64,000 nt of DNA, from the NCBI GenBank assembly GCA_032718475.1, contig JAUCBJ010008864.1:1-64000 (forward strand), read 5' to 3'. The notes beneath the pieces are model-generated. The model was not told the origin of the DNA. It saw only the letters and a list, made by a program, of their open reading frames with translations, and did no database searches. The translations under genes were made by a program, and so were the position numbers. This document shows, in pieces, positions 26,001-39,014 of this stretch. The DNA comes from Nemertoderma westbladi (Eukaryota; Animalia; Xenacoelomorpha). Position 1 is the stretch's first letter. Every line of letters starts with the position of its first letter.

Positions 26001-29000
26001 AATAAAAATGGGGAATCTATTGGAATAATAAAGGGGAATCTATTGGAATAATAAAGGGGAATCTATTGGAATAATAAAGGGGAATCTATTGGAATAATAA
26101 AGGGGAATCTATTGCAATAATAAAGGGGGATCTATTGTAATAAAAATAGGGAATATATTGGAATAATAAATGGGAATCTATTGGAATAGAAATGTGAAAT
26201 CAGGTGGAATAAAAAGGGGAATCTATTGGAATGAAAATTGGGAATCTATTGGAATAATAAAGGGGAATCAATTGGAATAATAAAGGGGAATCTATTGGAA
26301 TAATAAAGGGGAATCTATTGGAATAATAAAGGGGAATATATTGGAACAATAAAGGGGAATCGATTGGAATAATAAAGGGGATTCTATTGGAATAATAAAG
26401 GGGAATCTATTGGAATAATAAAGGGGAATCTATTGGAATAATAAAGGGGAATCTATTGGAATAATAAAGGGGAATCTATTGGAATAATAAAGGGGAATCT
26501 ATTGGAATAATAAAGGGGAATCTATTAGAATAATAAAGGGGAATCTATTGGAATAAAAATGGGGAATCTATTGGAATAATAAAGGGGAATCTATTGGAAT
26601 AATAAAGGGGAATCGATTGGAATAATAAAGGGGATTCTATTGGAATAATAAAGGGGAATCGATTGGAATAATAAAGGGGAATCTATTGGAATAATAATGG
26701 GGGATCTATTGGAATAAAAATAGGGAATATATTGGAATAATAAATGGGAATCTATTGGAATAGAAATGTGAAATCAGGTGGAATAAAAAGGGGAATCTAT
26801 TGGAATGAAAATTGGGAATCTATTGGAATAATAAAGGGGAATCAATTGGAATAATAAAGGGGAATCTATTGGAATAATAAAGGGGAATCTATTGGAATAA
26901 TAAAGGGGAATATATTGGAACAATAAAGGGGAATCGATTGGAATAATAAAGGGGATTCTATTGGAATAATAAAGGGGAATCTATTGGAATAATAAAGGGG
27001 AATCTATTGGAATAATAAAGGGGAATCTATTGGAATAATAAAGGGGAATCTATTGGAATAATAAAGGGGAATCTATTGGAATAATAAAGGGGAATCTATT
27101 GGAATAATAAAGGGGAATCTATTGGAATAAAAATGGGGAATCTATTGGAATAATAAAGGGGAATCTATTGGAATAATAAAGGGGAATCTATTGGAATAAT
27201 AAAGGGGAATCTATTGGAATACTAAAGGGGAATCTATTGGAATATTAAGGGGGAATCTATTGAAATAATAAAGGGGAATCTATTGGAATAATAAAGGGGA
27301 ATCTATTGGAATAGAAATGTGAAATCAGGTGGAATAAAAAGGGGAATCTATTGGAATGAAAATGTGGATTCTATTGGAATAATAAAGGGGAATCTATTTG
27401 AATAATAAAGGGGAATCTATTGGAATAATAAAGGGGAATCGATTGGAATAATAAAGGGGATTCTATTGGAATAATAAAGGGGAATCGATTGGAATAATAA
27501 AGGGGAATCTATTGGAATAATAATGGGGGATCTATTGGAATAAAAATAGGGAATATATTGGAATAATAAATGGGAATCTATTGGAATAGAAATGTGAAAT
27601 CAGGTGGAATAAAAAGGGGAATCTATTGGAATGAAAATTGGGAATCTATTGGAATAATAAAGGGGAATCAATTGGAATAATAAAGGGGAATCTATTGGAA
27701 TAATAAAGGGGAATCTATTGGAATAATAAAGGGGAATATATTGGAACAATAAAGGGGAATCGATTGGAATAATAAAGGGGATTCTATTGGAATAATAAAG
27801 GGGAATCTATTGGAATAATAAAGGGGAATCTATTGGAATAATAAAGGGGAATCTATTGGAATAATAAAGGGGAATCTATTGGAATAATAAAGGGGAATCT
27901 ATTGGAATAATAAAGGGGAATCTATTGGAATAATAAAGGGGAATCTATTGGAATAAAAATGGGGAATCTATTGGAATAATAAAGGGGAATCTATTGGAAT
28001 AATAAAGGGGAATCTATTGGAATAATAAAGGGGAATCTATTGGAATACTAAAGGGGAATCTATTGGAATATTAAGGGGGAATCTATTGAAATAATAAAGG
28101 GGAATCTATTGGAATAATAAAGGGGAATCTATTGGAATAGAAATGTGAAATCAGGTGGAATAAAAAGGGGAATCTATTGGAATGAAAATGTGGAATCTAT
28201 TGGAATAATAAAGGGGAATCTATTGGAATAAAAATGGGGAATCTATTGGAATAATAAAGGGGAATCTATTGGAATAATAAAGGGGAATCTATTGGAATAA
28301 TAAAGGGGAATCTATTGGAATAAAAATAGGGAATATATTGCAATAAAAATGGAGAATCTATTGTAATAAAAATAGGGAATATATTGGAATAATAAATGGG
28401 AATCTATTGGAATAGAAATGTGAAATCAGGTGGAATAAAAAGGGGAATCTATTGGAATAATAAAGGGGAATCTATTGGAATAATAAAGGGGAATCTATTG
28501 GAATAATAAAGGGGAATCTATTGGAATAATAAAGGGGAATCTATTGGAATAAAAATGGGGAATCTATTGGAATAATAAAGGGGAATCTATTGGAATAATA
28601 AAGGGGAATCTATTGGAATAATAAAGGGGAATCTATTGGAATACTAAAGGGGAATCTATTGGAATATTAAGGGGGAATCTATTGAAATAATAAAGGGGAA
28701 TCTATTGGAATAATAAAGGGGAATCTATTGGAATAGAAATGTGAAATCAGGTGGAATAAAAAGGGGAATCTATTGGAATGAAAATGTGGAATCTATTGGA
28801 ATAATAAAGGGGAATCTATTGGAATAAAAATGGGGAATCTATTGGAATAATAAAGGGGAATCTATTGGAATAATAAAGGGGAATCTATTGGAATAATAAA
28901 GGGGAATCTATTGGAATAATAAAGGGGAATCTATTGCAATAATAAAGGGGGATCTATTGTAATAAAAATAGGGAATATATTGGAATAATAAATGGGAATC

Positions 29001-32000
29001 TATTGGAATAGAAATGTGAAATCAGGTGGAATAAAAAGGGGAATCTATTGGAATGAAAATTGGGAATCTATTGGAATAATAAAGGGGAATCAATTGGAAT
29101 AATAAAGGGGAATCTATTGGAATAATAAAGGGGAATCTATTGGAATAATAAAGGGGAATATATTGGAACAATAAAGGGGAATCGATTGGAATAATAAAGG
29201 GGATTCTATTGGAATAATAAAGGGGAATCTATTGGAATAATAAAGGGGAATCTATTGGAATAATAAAGGGGAATCTATTGGAATAATAAAGGGGAATCTA
29301 TTGGAATAATAAAGGGGAATCTATTGGAATAATAAAGGGGAATCTATTAGAATAATAAAGGGGAATCTATTGGAATAAAAATGGGGAATCTATTGGAATA
29401 ATAAAGGGGAATCTATTGGAATAATAAAGGGGAATCGATTGGAATAATAAAGGGGATTCTATTGGAATAATAAAGGGGAATCGATTGGAATAATAAAGGG
29501 GAATCTATTGGAATAATAATGGGGGATCTATTGGAATAAAAATAGGGAATATATTGGAATAATAAATGGGAATCTATTGGAATAGAAATGTGAAATCAGG
29601 TGGAATAAAAAGGGGAATCTATTGGAATGAAAATTGGGAATCTATTGGAATAATAAAGGGGAATCAATTGGAATAATAAAGGGGAATCTATTGGAATAAT
29701 AAAGGGGAATCTATTGGAATAATAAAGGGGAATATATTGGAACAATAAAGGGGAATCGATTGGAATAATAAAGGGGATTCTATTGGAATAATAAAGGGGA
29801 ATCTATTGGAATAATAAAGGGGAATCTATTGGAATAATAAAGGGGAATCTATTGGAATAATAAAGGGGAATCTATTGGAATAATAAAGGGGAATCTATTG
29901 GAATAATAAAGGGGAATCTATTGGAATAATAAAGGGGAATCTATTGGAATAAAAATGGGGAATCTATTGGAATAATAAAGGGGAATCTATTGGAATAATA
30001 AAGGGGAATCTATTGGAATAATAAAGGGGAATCTATTGGAATACTAAAGGGGAATCTATTGGAATATTAAGGGGGAATCTATTGAAATAATAAAGGGGAA
30101 TCTATTGGAATAATAAAGGGGAATCTATTGGAATAGAAATGTGAAATCAGGTGGAATAAAAAGGGGAATCTATTGGAATGAAAATGTGGATTCTATTGGA
30201 ATAATAAAGGGGAATCTATTGGAATAATAAAGGGGAATCTATTGGAATAATAAAGGGGAATCGATTGGAATAATAAAGGGGATTCTATTGGAATAATAAA
30301 GGGGAATCGATTGGAATAATAAAGGGGAATCTATTGGAATAATAATGGGGGATCTATTGGAATAAAAATAGGGAATATATTGGAATAATAAATGGGAATC
30401 TATTGGAATAGAAATGTGAAATCAGGTGGAATAAAAAGGGGAATCTATTGGAATGAAAATTGGGAATCTATTGGAATAATAAAGGGGAATCAATTGGAAT
30501 AATAAAGGGGAATCTATTGGAATAATAAAGGGGAATCTATTGGAATAATAAAGGGGAATATATTGGAACAATAAAGGGGAATCGATTGGAATAATAAAGG
30601 GGATTCTATTGGAATAATAAAGGGGAATCTATTGGAATAATAAAGGGGAATCTATTGGAATAATAAAGGGGAATCTATTGGAATAATAAAGGGGAATCTA
30701 TTGGAATAATAAAGGGGAATCTATTGGAATAATAAAGGGGAATCTATTGGAATAATAAAGGGGAATCTATTGGAATAAAAATGGGGAATCTATTGGAATA
30801 ATAAAGGGGAATCTATTGGAATAATAAAGGGGAATCTATTGGAATAATAAAGGGGAATCTATTGGAATACTAAAGGGGAATCTATTGGAATATTAAGGGG
30901 GAATCTATTGAAATAATAAAGGGGAATCTATTGGAATAATAAAGGGGAATCTATTGGAATAGAAATGTGAAATCAGGTGGAATAAAAAGGGGAATCTATT
31001 GGAATGAAAATGTGGAATCTATTGGAATAATAAAGGGGAATCTATTGGAATAAAAATGGGGAATCTATTGGAATAATAAAGGGGAATCTATTGGAATAAT
31101 AAAGGGGAATCTATTGGAATAATAAAGGGGAATCTATTGGAATAAAAATAGGGAATATATTGCAATAAAAATGGAGAATCTATTGTAATAAAAATAGGGA
31201 ATATATTGGAATAATAAATGGGAATCTATTGGAATAGAAATGTGAAATCAGGTGGAATAAAAAGGGGAATCTATTGGAATGAAAATTGGGAATCTATTGG
31301 AATAATAAAGGGGAATCAATTGGAATAATAAAGGGGAATCTATTGGAATAATAAAGGGGAATCTATTGGAATAATAAAGGGGAATATATTGGAACAATAA
31401 AGGGGAATCGATTGGAATAATAAAGGGGATTCTATTGGAATAATAAAGGGGAATCTATTGGAATAATAAAGGGGAATCTATTGGAATAATAAAGGGGAAT
31501 CTATTGGAATAATAAAGGGGAATCTATTGGAATAATAAAGGGGAATCTATTGGAATAATAAAGGGGAATCTATTGGAATAATAAAGGGGAATCTATTGGA
31601 ATAAAAATGGGGAATCTATTGGAATAATAAAGGGGAATCTATTGGAATAATAAAGGGGAATCTATTGGAATAATAAAGGGGAATCTATTGGAATACTAAA
31701 GGGGAATCTATTGGAATATTAAGGGGGAATCTATTGAAATAATAAAGGGGAATCTATTGGAATAATAAAGGGGAATCTATTGGAATAGAAATGTGAAATC
31801 AGGTGGAATAAAAAGGGGAATCTATTGGAATGAAAATGTGGAATCTATTGGAATAATAAAGGGGAATCTATTGGAATAAAAATGGGGAATCTATTGGAAT
31901 AATAAAGGGGAATCTATTGGAATAATAAAGGGGAATCTATTGGAATAATAAAGGGGAATCTATTGGAATAATAAAGGGGAATCTATTGCAATAATAAAGG

Positions 32001-33257
32001 GGGATCTATTGTAATAAAAATAGGGAATATATTGGAATAATAAATGGGAATCTATTGGAATAGAAATGTGAAATCAGGTGGAATAAAAAGGGGAATCTAT
32101 TGGAATGAAAATTGGGAATCTATTGGAATAATAAAGGGGAATCAATTGGAATAATAAAGGGGAATCTATTGGAATAATAAAGGGGAATCTATTGGAATAA
32201 TAAAGGGGAATATATTGGAACAATAAAGGGGAATCGATTGGAATAATAAAGGGGATTCTATTGGAATAATAAAGGGGAATCTATTGGAATAATAAAGGGG
32301 AATCTATTGGAATAATAAAGGGGAATCTATTGGAATAATAAAGGGGAATCTATTGGAATAATAAAGGGGAATCTATTGGAATAATAAAGGGGAATCTATT
32401 AGAATAATAAAGGGGAATCTATTGGAATAAAAATGGGGAATCTATTGGAATAATAAAGGGGAATCTATTGGAATAATAAAGGGGAATCTATTGGAATAAT
32501 AAAGGGGAATCTATTGGAATACTAAAGGGGAATCTATTGGAATATTAAGGGGGAATCTATTGAAATAATAAAGGGGAATCTATTGGAATAATAAAGGGGA
32601 ATCTATTGGAATAATAAAGGGGATTCTATTGGAATAATAAAGGGGAATCTATTGGAATAATAAAGGGGAATCTATTGGAATAGAAATGTGAAATCAGGTG
32701 GAATAAAAAGGGGAATCTATTGGAATGAAAATGTGGAATCTATTGGAATAATAAAGGGGAATCTATTGGAATAAAAATGGGGAATCTATTGGAATAATAA
32801 AGGGGAATCTATTGGAATAATAAAGGGGAATCTATTGGAATAATAAAGGGGATTCTATTGGAATAATAAAGGGGAATCTATTGGAATAATAAAGGGCAAT
32901 CTATTGGAATATAAATGTGAAATCAGGTGGAATAAAAAGGGGAATCTATTGGAATGAAAATGGGGAAACTATTGGAATAATAAAGGGGAATATATTGGAA
33001 TAAAAATGGGGAATCTATTGGAATAATAAAGGGGAATCTATTGGAATAATAAAGGGGAATCTATTGGAATAATAAAGGGGAATATATTGGAATAATAAAG
33101 GGGAATCGATTGGAATAATATAGGGGAATCTATTAGAATAATAAAGGGGAATCTATTGGAATAAAAATGGGGAATCTATTGGAATAATAAAGGGGAATCT
33201 ATTGGAATAATAAAGGGGAATATATTGGAATAATAAAGGGGAATCGATTGGAATAAT
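17060..33257. repeat. 23-bp satellite array, right arm, with higher-order repeats
   Basis: Same unit as the left arm. Marker variants recur at 826-, 2822- and 3833-bp periods. Confidence 0.98.
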
Positions 33258-33265
33258 ATAAAAAT

Positions 33266-34184
33266 TAGAGTTGAAACAGAGACCTGTCACTGATCTCTGG
33301 CTTCTCCGGGCTATTTTTTGGTCTCCGGATAGGTCTCTGGTTCCCGGGTATTGAAAACACAGATTTTACCCAGAGATCAATGATTTTACAAATTAGAAAT
33401 AGATATTTAAAAATAGATCATGTACAACACAAAATGTGAAATGAAGATAATTTTTCACAAATTTTTTACAATTAATTATTTCTTTAATTTTCAACTATTT
33501 TTCATACACTGCTTCAACACAATTATATATTCACTTTTACACTATTTCTAATAAATGTACCGATAATCTTATCTTCTATTTAAATAATTTAAGGTGCGTT
33601 TAATTGTAAGTTAAATTAGCACCTAAAGACGGTTCTTATTTAAGGATAAGGGCGCTTAATTTGGGCTCTCATAATGTTTAAAAGTGAAAGAAAGGGCTGC
33701 TCTCCATTCAATTTGTTATAGGATAGATAATATGACGACCAAATGGAGAAAACGAGCGTAACGAGGCTTGTAAATGGGGCGAGTAGAGTACTATACCTGT
33801 GCACTAAGTATTCGTAAATGACTAAGTTTATAGTATATTGAAATGTATGATTTGAACAATTGTAAAATAAGTGCCTTTAATTAACAAAGTACCGGTACCT
33901 AATGGCGCAAAACAAATTTATGTAACATAATATTAACAATAAAACAAAATAAGAACGAATTAATAAACAAATAACCAAATTAATATTAATTAATCCCCCC
34001 AAACTGTACGAGAGCTTATTTTCTTACAGTGCTATGTGCTATAGGGGAGTAATCAAATTGTAAGTACAAAAATAAGCAAAGTCTCTGATCTCTGGCTCTG
34101 GTCTCCGGTATTTTTCAAAATAATTCTCTGGGTAGGGCTCTGGTCCACCGGGATTAAGAAAAACAGGTATCTGTTGCAACTCTA
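33266..34184. mobile_element. hAT-like MITE at the satellite boundary
   Basis: TIR TAGAGTTG(A/C)AACAGA(G/T)ACCTGT; 8-bp TSD ATAAAAAT (33258-33265 and 34185-34192). Confidence 0.85.
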
Positions 34185-34539
34185 ATAAAAATGAAAATAA
34201 ATAATAAAATAAAATAAAAATAATAAAACATAAAAATGCGCAATGTATTGGAATGTTGGAACTGATGGAACTGGTATTTTTTTTAATTTGTTTATATCTC
34301 CAATGTGGTTGACTTTTGGCCCCCCCTAGGCCTATCCAGCCCCTATAGCTGCTGGCGTACGATTTGAAAAATTTCGCTAAAATGACTACTTCTCCGTTAT
34401 TTTCCATTCTTATTTTTCGATACCACATTTTTTGGAACCAGCATGTTCATTTTCATCATATTTTTCGACAACTTTTTTTCTATTTTTTATATAAAATTGG
34501 CAATTTTGTAAAAACGACGTGATTATGACGTGAACTGAC

Positions 34540-34762
34540 GACTTATATCCAGTGCGGTCCCCACAGAACTATAGTCCTCAGAGATAACTCCAGTACTCAT
34601 TTAGCTACCATTTAAGGATGCAAGGCAGAGATGCGCCTTGGTTTAAGACCCTTCAAAGCATTCGCGCCGAACTATAACTGCCTTGGCCTCCATGTGGGGG
34701 TTGAACCCACGACCTCGGACAAATGTGAATTCAATGAAACCACTACAAACCAATGTGGGATA
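34540..34762 (-). mobile_element. tRNA-derived SINE-like sequence
   Basis: Minus strand shows A-box-like TGGTTTGTAGTGG and a T-arm/B-box GTGGG-TTCAACC-CCCAC (34710-34694), then a non-tRNA body. The 3' limit is uncertain. Confidence 0.55.
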
Positions 34763-35163
34763 ATGTGAGGGAGCGCATATCGTAACTATTCCTTCTAGAA
34801 CATTTATTTAACATACCGGGCTGGTTAGCCAGTAGAAAATGGCACGGACTAATATTAGGCCTCGTTGCATAACTTCCTTATGGAGGTTGTAGCCAGTAGA
34901 CAAACTACTGCAGTAGGAAGCGGAACATTGAATAAAAAAATTGTTGTCCATATATAGAGATTTATAAAATGATTTTATAAGTGTAATACAAAATACTAAT
35001 ATATTTTTTATTAACTCTTAAAAATGAAATATGATACAGATGAAAAAATACGAAACTTTTTCGTATAAAAAGAAAACAAAGTGCAAAATGGCCAGCAGGT
35101 TAGTAAAAATGACGTTCCATACTATGTGATGTGAGTAAGGCTATACAAAGAGTAATGTCCTAC

Positions 35164-35304
35164 CTGATTGACTGCCAACCAGTTGTGGGCCACCAACAAT
35201 AGCCATTGCTGTGACACCAGTTCCACCTGCTGGGTGCATGTACACCGGTCGCAACATTTCACCGGTGTGGCTGCACCATTGCCGAACGCAACCCACTAAA
35301 TCAC
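35164..35304 (-). CDS. F-box/WD40-like protein, exon 3 (WD40-like repeat)
   Basis: Acceptor ttattacCAG|GT, donor CAG|GTAGGA; 141 nt, phase 1-1. Joined to exon 2 it reads DYIYTGDLVGCVRQWCSHTGEMLRPVYMHPAGGTGVTAMAIVGGPQLVGSQS, a WD40-like blade. Confidence 0.8.
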
Positions 35305-37388
35305 CTGGTAATAAACAATTATAGTAATATAATACTATACAAGAGTAATACTACGGTTTGGCATACTTACATACTGCACTGTTAGTTACTGGTACAGTAT
35401 TGTGGTACCTTTCCTATATTGTTTTTTGGTTAGAATAACGTGCCACTATAACCTGCTCCTTTCCTTTAAGGGGGGGGGGGGGGGGGGGGGGGCACCCTTT
35501 TTTACTATTTTACATTTTTTACTATTTAATCTAGAACAGACCTTTATCAAGATTCCAAAGTTTAAAACCGCTTTTAGCAAGATCTCTCTGACTTCTCGAG
35601 ACATGATTGTTTGTCTATTTGACTGTCTGTCTGTCCGTCAGTATGTATGTCCTTTAATAAAAAACATCTGTATAAAAAATCCAAAAATCCCTACATGGGT
35701 TTTCGTGGTCGGTGACTTCATTTCTGATATCATTATTCAAATTTGGACTCGTCGTTTCTGTCTGTCAGCCTGTCCGCCAAAACATGACTGCCTCACTGAA
35801 AAAAGTAACTACAACTCGTTTGAAAAAGCGCCACTATCAATTATTAGTGGCATTAATTAATTTTGAAAGTTGCGATTTTACTAAACTGCAATTTTTTTCG
35901 AAATATAAAAGTATTTATTTTTCCAAATTACAAAAACCCATTTTGTTAAATTTAATTAAATGTACTTCAAGAATATACCAGGTTATGTAAATTACTAAAT
36001 ATATTAAAGTTCCACTTTTTTGAATTTCTGTAAAAAGGTGCGCTTTTAAACAAGGTTTATGTGTTGTAAAGTGCTTCTTTAAAACAAAAAAAATTAAAAA
36101 AGTACCCTAATCAGTAAACAGTCACGATTTTAAACTTCTAACGCAAACGTGACCCATGAAAATGTGAATATTGTGTAAAAAGATACGATATGCTTTAAAG
36201 AAAACAAACCATATCTTAGGAGGATTGAAGAGCCTCTTTAAATTTAAATTCAATAACATGCACTTTTTAAACTTTTTGTAAAAAGTTACTGCCTGGTACA
36301 GTTGTTGAGAAGTTGACCGGTATACAGAACCTGTATAGGTACATTTAGTTTCGATTCATTGTAAGTCAACATAACAGCTGTGCCAATTGTTCTATATGCT
36401 TTCATTGAATCATGCATACTTAGTGGTTATCAGATAAATATATTGCATTATTTTATTAGTACCGGTACTTGAGTTGTATATTATTTTGAATAAATCGTAG
36501 AATTTACTGTGGGGCGAGCTTCAAAGTGATAGAGCCAAAGCATATGGGTACCATTAACGAGTTGTATGTCGTCGTCGTCATAAATTTTTGATGCTAATAA
36601 CTCGGTCATTCCTTGATGAAATTAAACCAAACCTTGTCCGTATGCAGTACTTCAAAAGTTTGGAAAGAATCTGAAGTTTGGTCAAAAATCAGACAGTCTG
36701 TCAGTCGCTACCGGTAGTTTAAGACTTTTGATAAAAACCAAAATAACTCAGTCAATCATTGATGAAATTAAACCAAACTTAGCGAATCGCCTTCCGGAAA
36801 TAAGCAGCTGAGAATCCCAGTAATTCAACTGGAAATAACCGCACAAGATGTAGCCAAGGATACTCCTGGATTTCGTCGAGCCGTTCGTCAATTTCTATCT
36901 GACTTAGAAAGTCGGAATATTTGCGATATTTATCAAATGGCGGAATCAGTGTGTTATGTGTATCCGGAGATGCAGATTAAACACCACCGCCTTCACGATA
37001 CAGATTTTCCGTCATAAGTTATCCGTACACAAGGCGAAGCAAGTCTTACCGGCACAGGCAGACAGGGGTGCCGCAGCCGATAAGCCTAAGGATACCACCG
37101 TTGATCCATCCGAGGCCTACAACAAGGGCGATGACAATGAAAGTGTTACTACCGGTACCGATACCTCGGTAAAATCAACTGCTGTGGTGGGTCAAGTGTT
37201 GAGTATGGCTGCAACTAAGAGATTTACTGGCTGCAAACGAATGAAAGTGAACGTGTTGACGGCTAAGAAAAAAATTAAAAACCAAGAAAGAAAACGGTTC
37301 AGACCTACAGGAGGATCTGCGGAGTTCAGATGATCCCGAATCGGATAATTCCGATTCAACAACCGCTTCCAGTTCGAGCCTCGAGTCA

Positions 37389-37670
37389 GTGTCTATTTCG
37401 GAGTCAGATCTAGGAGATGCTGATTATATTCCTGGAGGAGGAGGCGACGCGCTCATTTGGGCGAGAATGAGAAAAAAGGATATACCCTGGCCTGGTAAGG
37501 TTTCTGTTGCAACAGATGGAACTGACCCTCCTCCGATGTTCGTTGCGTTTTATGTCATGTCTTATACCAGTATAACTATCTGTTATGATCTAACTGAAGC
37601 AGCGGCTGCCATAGAAACTGTAAAACTGTTCTGTGTTAAATATTTGATCAATCTCGTGTATATTAAATAG
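37389..37670 (+). pseudogene. Degenerate ORF with a PWWP-like motif, probably transposon cargo
   Basis: GDALIWARMRKKDIPWPGKV resembles the PWWP N-terminus (GDLVWAKM.GYPWWPG.V). It lies between inverted subterminal-like motifs at about 35700 and 38350. Confidence 0.4.
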
Positions 37671-39014
37671 CCATAATTATAATAATTGATTCTCGTGTTG
37701 TTTATTATTCATTATTAAACTTTTATGGGGATAAACTTTGGGGTCAATATTCATCATACCTTAAAAATATGACTTCATTTAATTTAAAGAAATTTACACT
37801 CATTATTAAAAAGAATATATATAAGTTCCCCTTTGATAAGCAAACCAAACTAGTTCTTCTTTGCAGTGAAAAGTACCTCTTTTTCACATACTAAGTAATA
37901 TAAATTGATCTTAAATATAGCGGGGAGTGGTATTTTTAAATAGAAAGTAGCACTTTAATTGGAAATCAAGTACCACTTTATATTTTAATAAGTGCTGCTT
38001 AATCTAAAAAGTGCATGTTTTAAATGATTATCCCACAAGTAAAGTACATATTACATAAAAAAAAGCTGAGCTTTTTTCCTACTAATGAATATAAAAACGT
38101 AAATAATATTCAGAAAAGTGTCGTTTTCTAAACAGACAATCAGTGCCAAACAGACAATTTGAATTTGGAAGTCATAAAATATTAAAACTGACACTCGAAA
38201 TGAATTCTGCGACCAGGAAGACCCCTATAGCTAAACTTTTAATTAGATGGTGTGCCCTCTCCTTATATTTGACGGACAGATTGCCGGATAGTCAGATAAA
38301 CCGATAGACAGACATACAGACTTTTAACTAGATTCATTATAAGGGAAAACTGAACTCAGAAATGAAATCAGCGAGCAGGAAAGCGACCACAGCAAAAAAA
38401 ATTTACACATAAAAAAAAAAATGCACATATTTTGCAGTTTTGCACATAGAGTTTTTAACAGACAATTCTCAAGATTTTACGCTCAATCAAAAGGATTTCG
38501 GCAGTTCTTTAAAATTATTCTTATAGAATTGCGATAAAATCTTTATATATATTTCATGTAATTAGCTGATTTTAATCAAAATAATACATAATTAATTCAT
38601 TTAATTAAAATTAGCCAATTAAAAATTATCTATACATTTTCCAGAGACGATCGTCTAGAATCCAAAAAAGTTTATTTTAAGAAATTTGGACCACGATTGA
38701 GGGATTGGTAGAGTTTTATGTTAAATTATCAATTCCGCAGCCAGCCGCTAGGGGGAGGCCAAAAATTTTCGAATTTACGTTTGGAGACTATTTGGACATT
38801 TGGAACATTGAGACAAAATATTATTTCCACGATATGGTGGGTTTGCATCATGAATTGAATTTTGTATCTTATAAATAAATGGGTGTGCCGTTTTTTGGGT
38901 ACCCAAATTCTACACTTTCTCAACCGAATATAAAATTTCAGAAAATCTTGATTAAAAATGTCGCATCATGTTTCACGGTTCTAAAACCGCTATTATTTGA
39001 CTTTATTGTCATAC

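Noticed and set aside
1413-33257. CRISPR array or telomeric repeat interpretation of the 23-bp repeat
   Set aside because: Units are contiguous with no unique spacers and no cas genes. The array is interstitial, flanked by spliced exons, and does not resemble a telomerase repeat.
34690-34762. Functional tRNA gene
   Set aside because: Only the A/B boxes and T-arm are recognisable; no convincing acceptor or anticodon stems. Treated as a SINE head.
34816-34912. Candidate extra exon (CAG|TAG…CCG|GTATGT) in intron 3
   Set aside because: It has an in-frame TAA in the phase required by exon 3.
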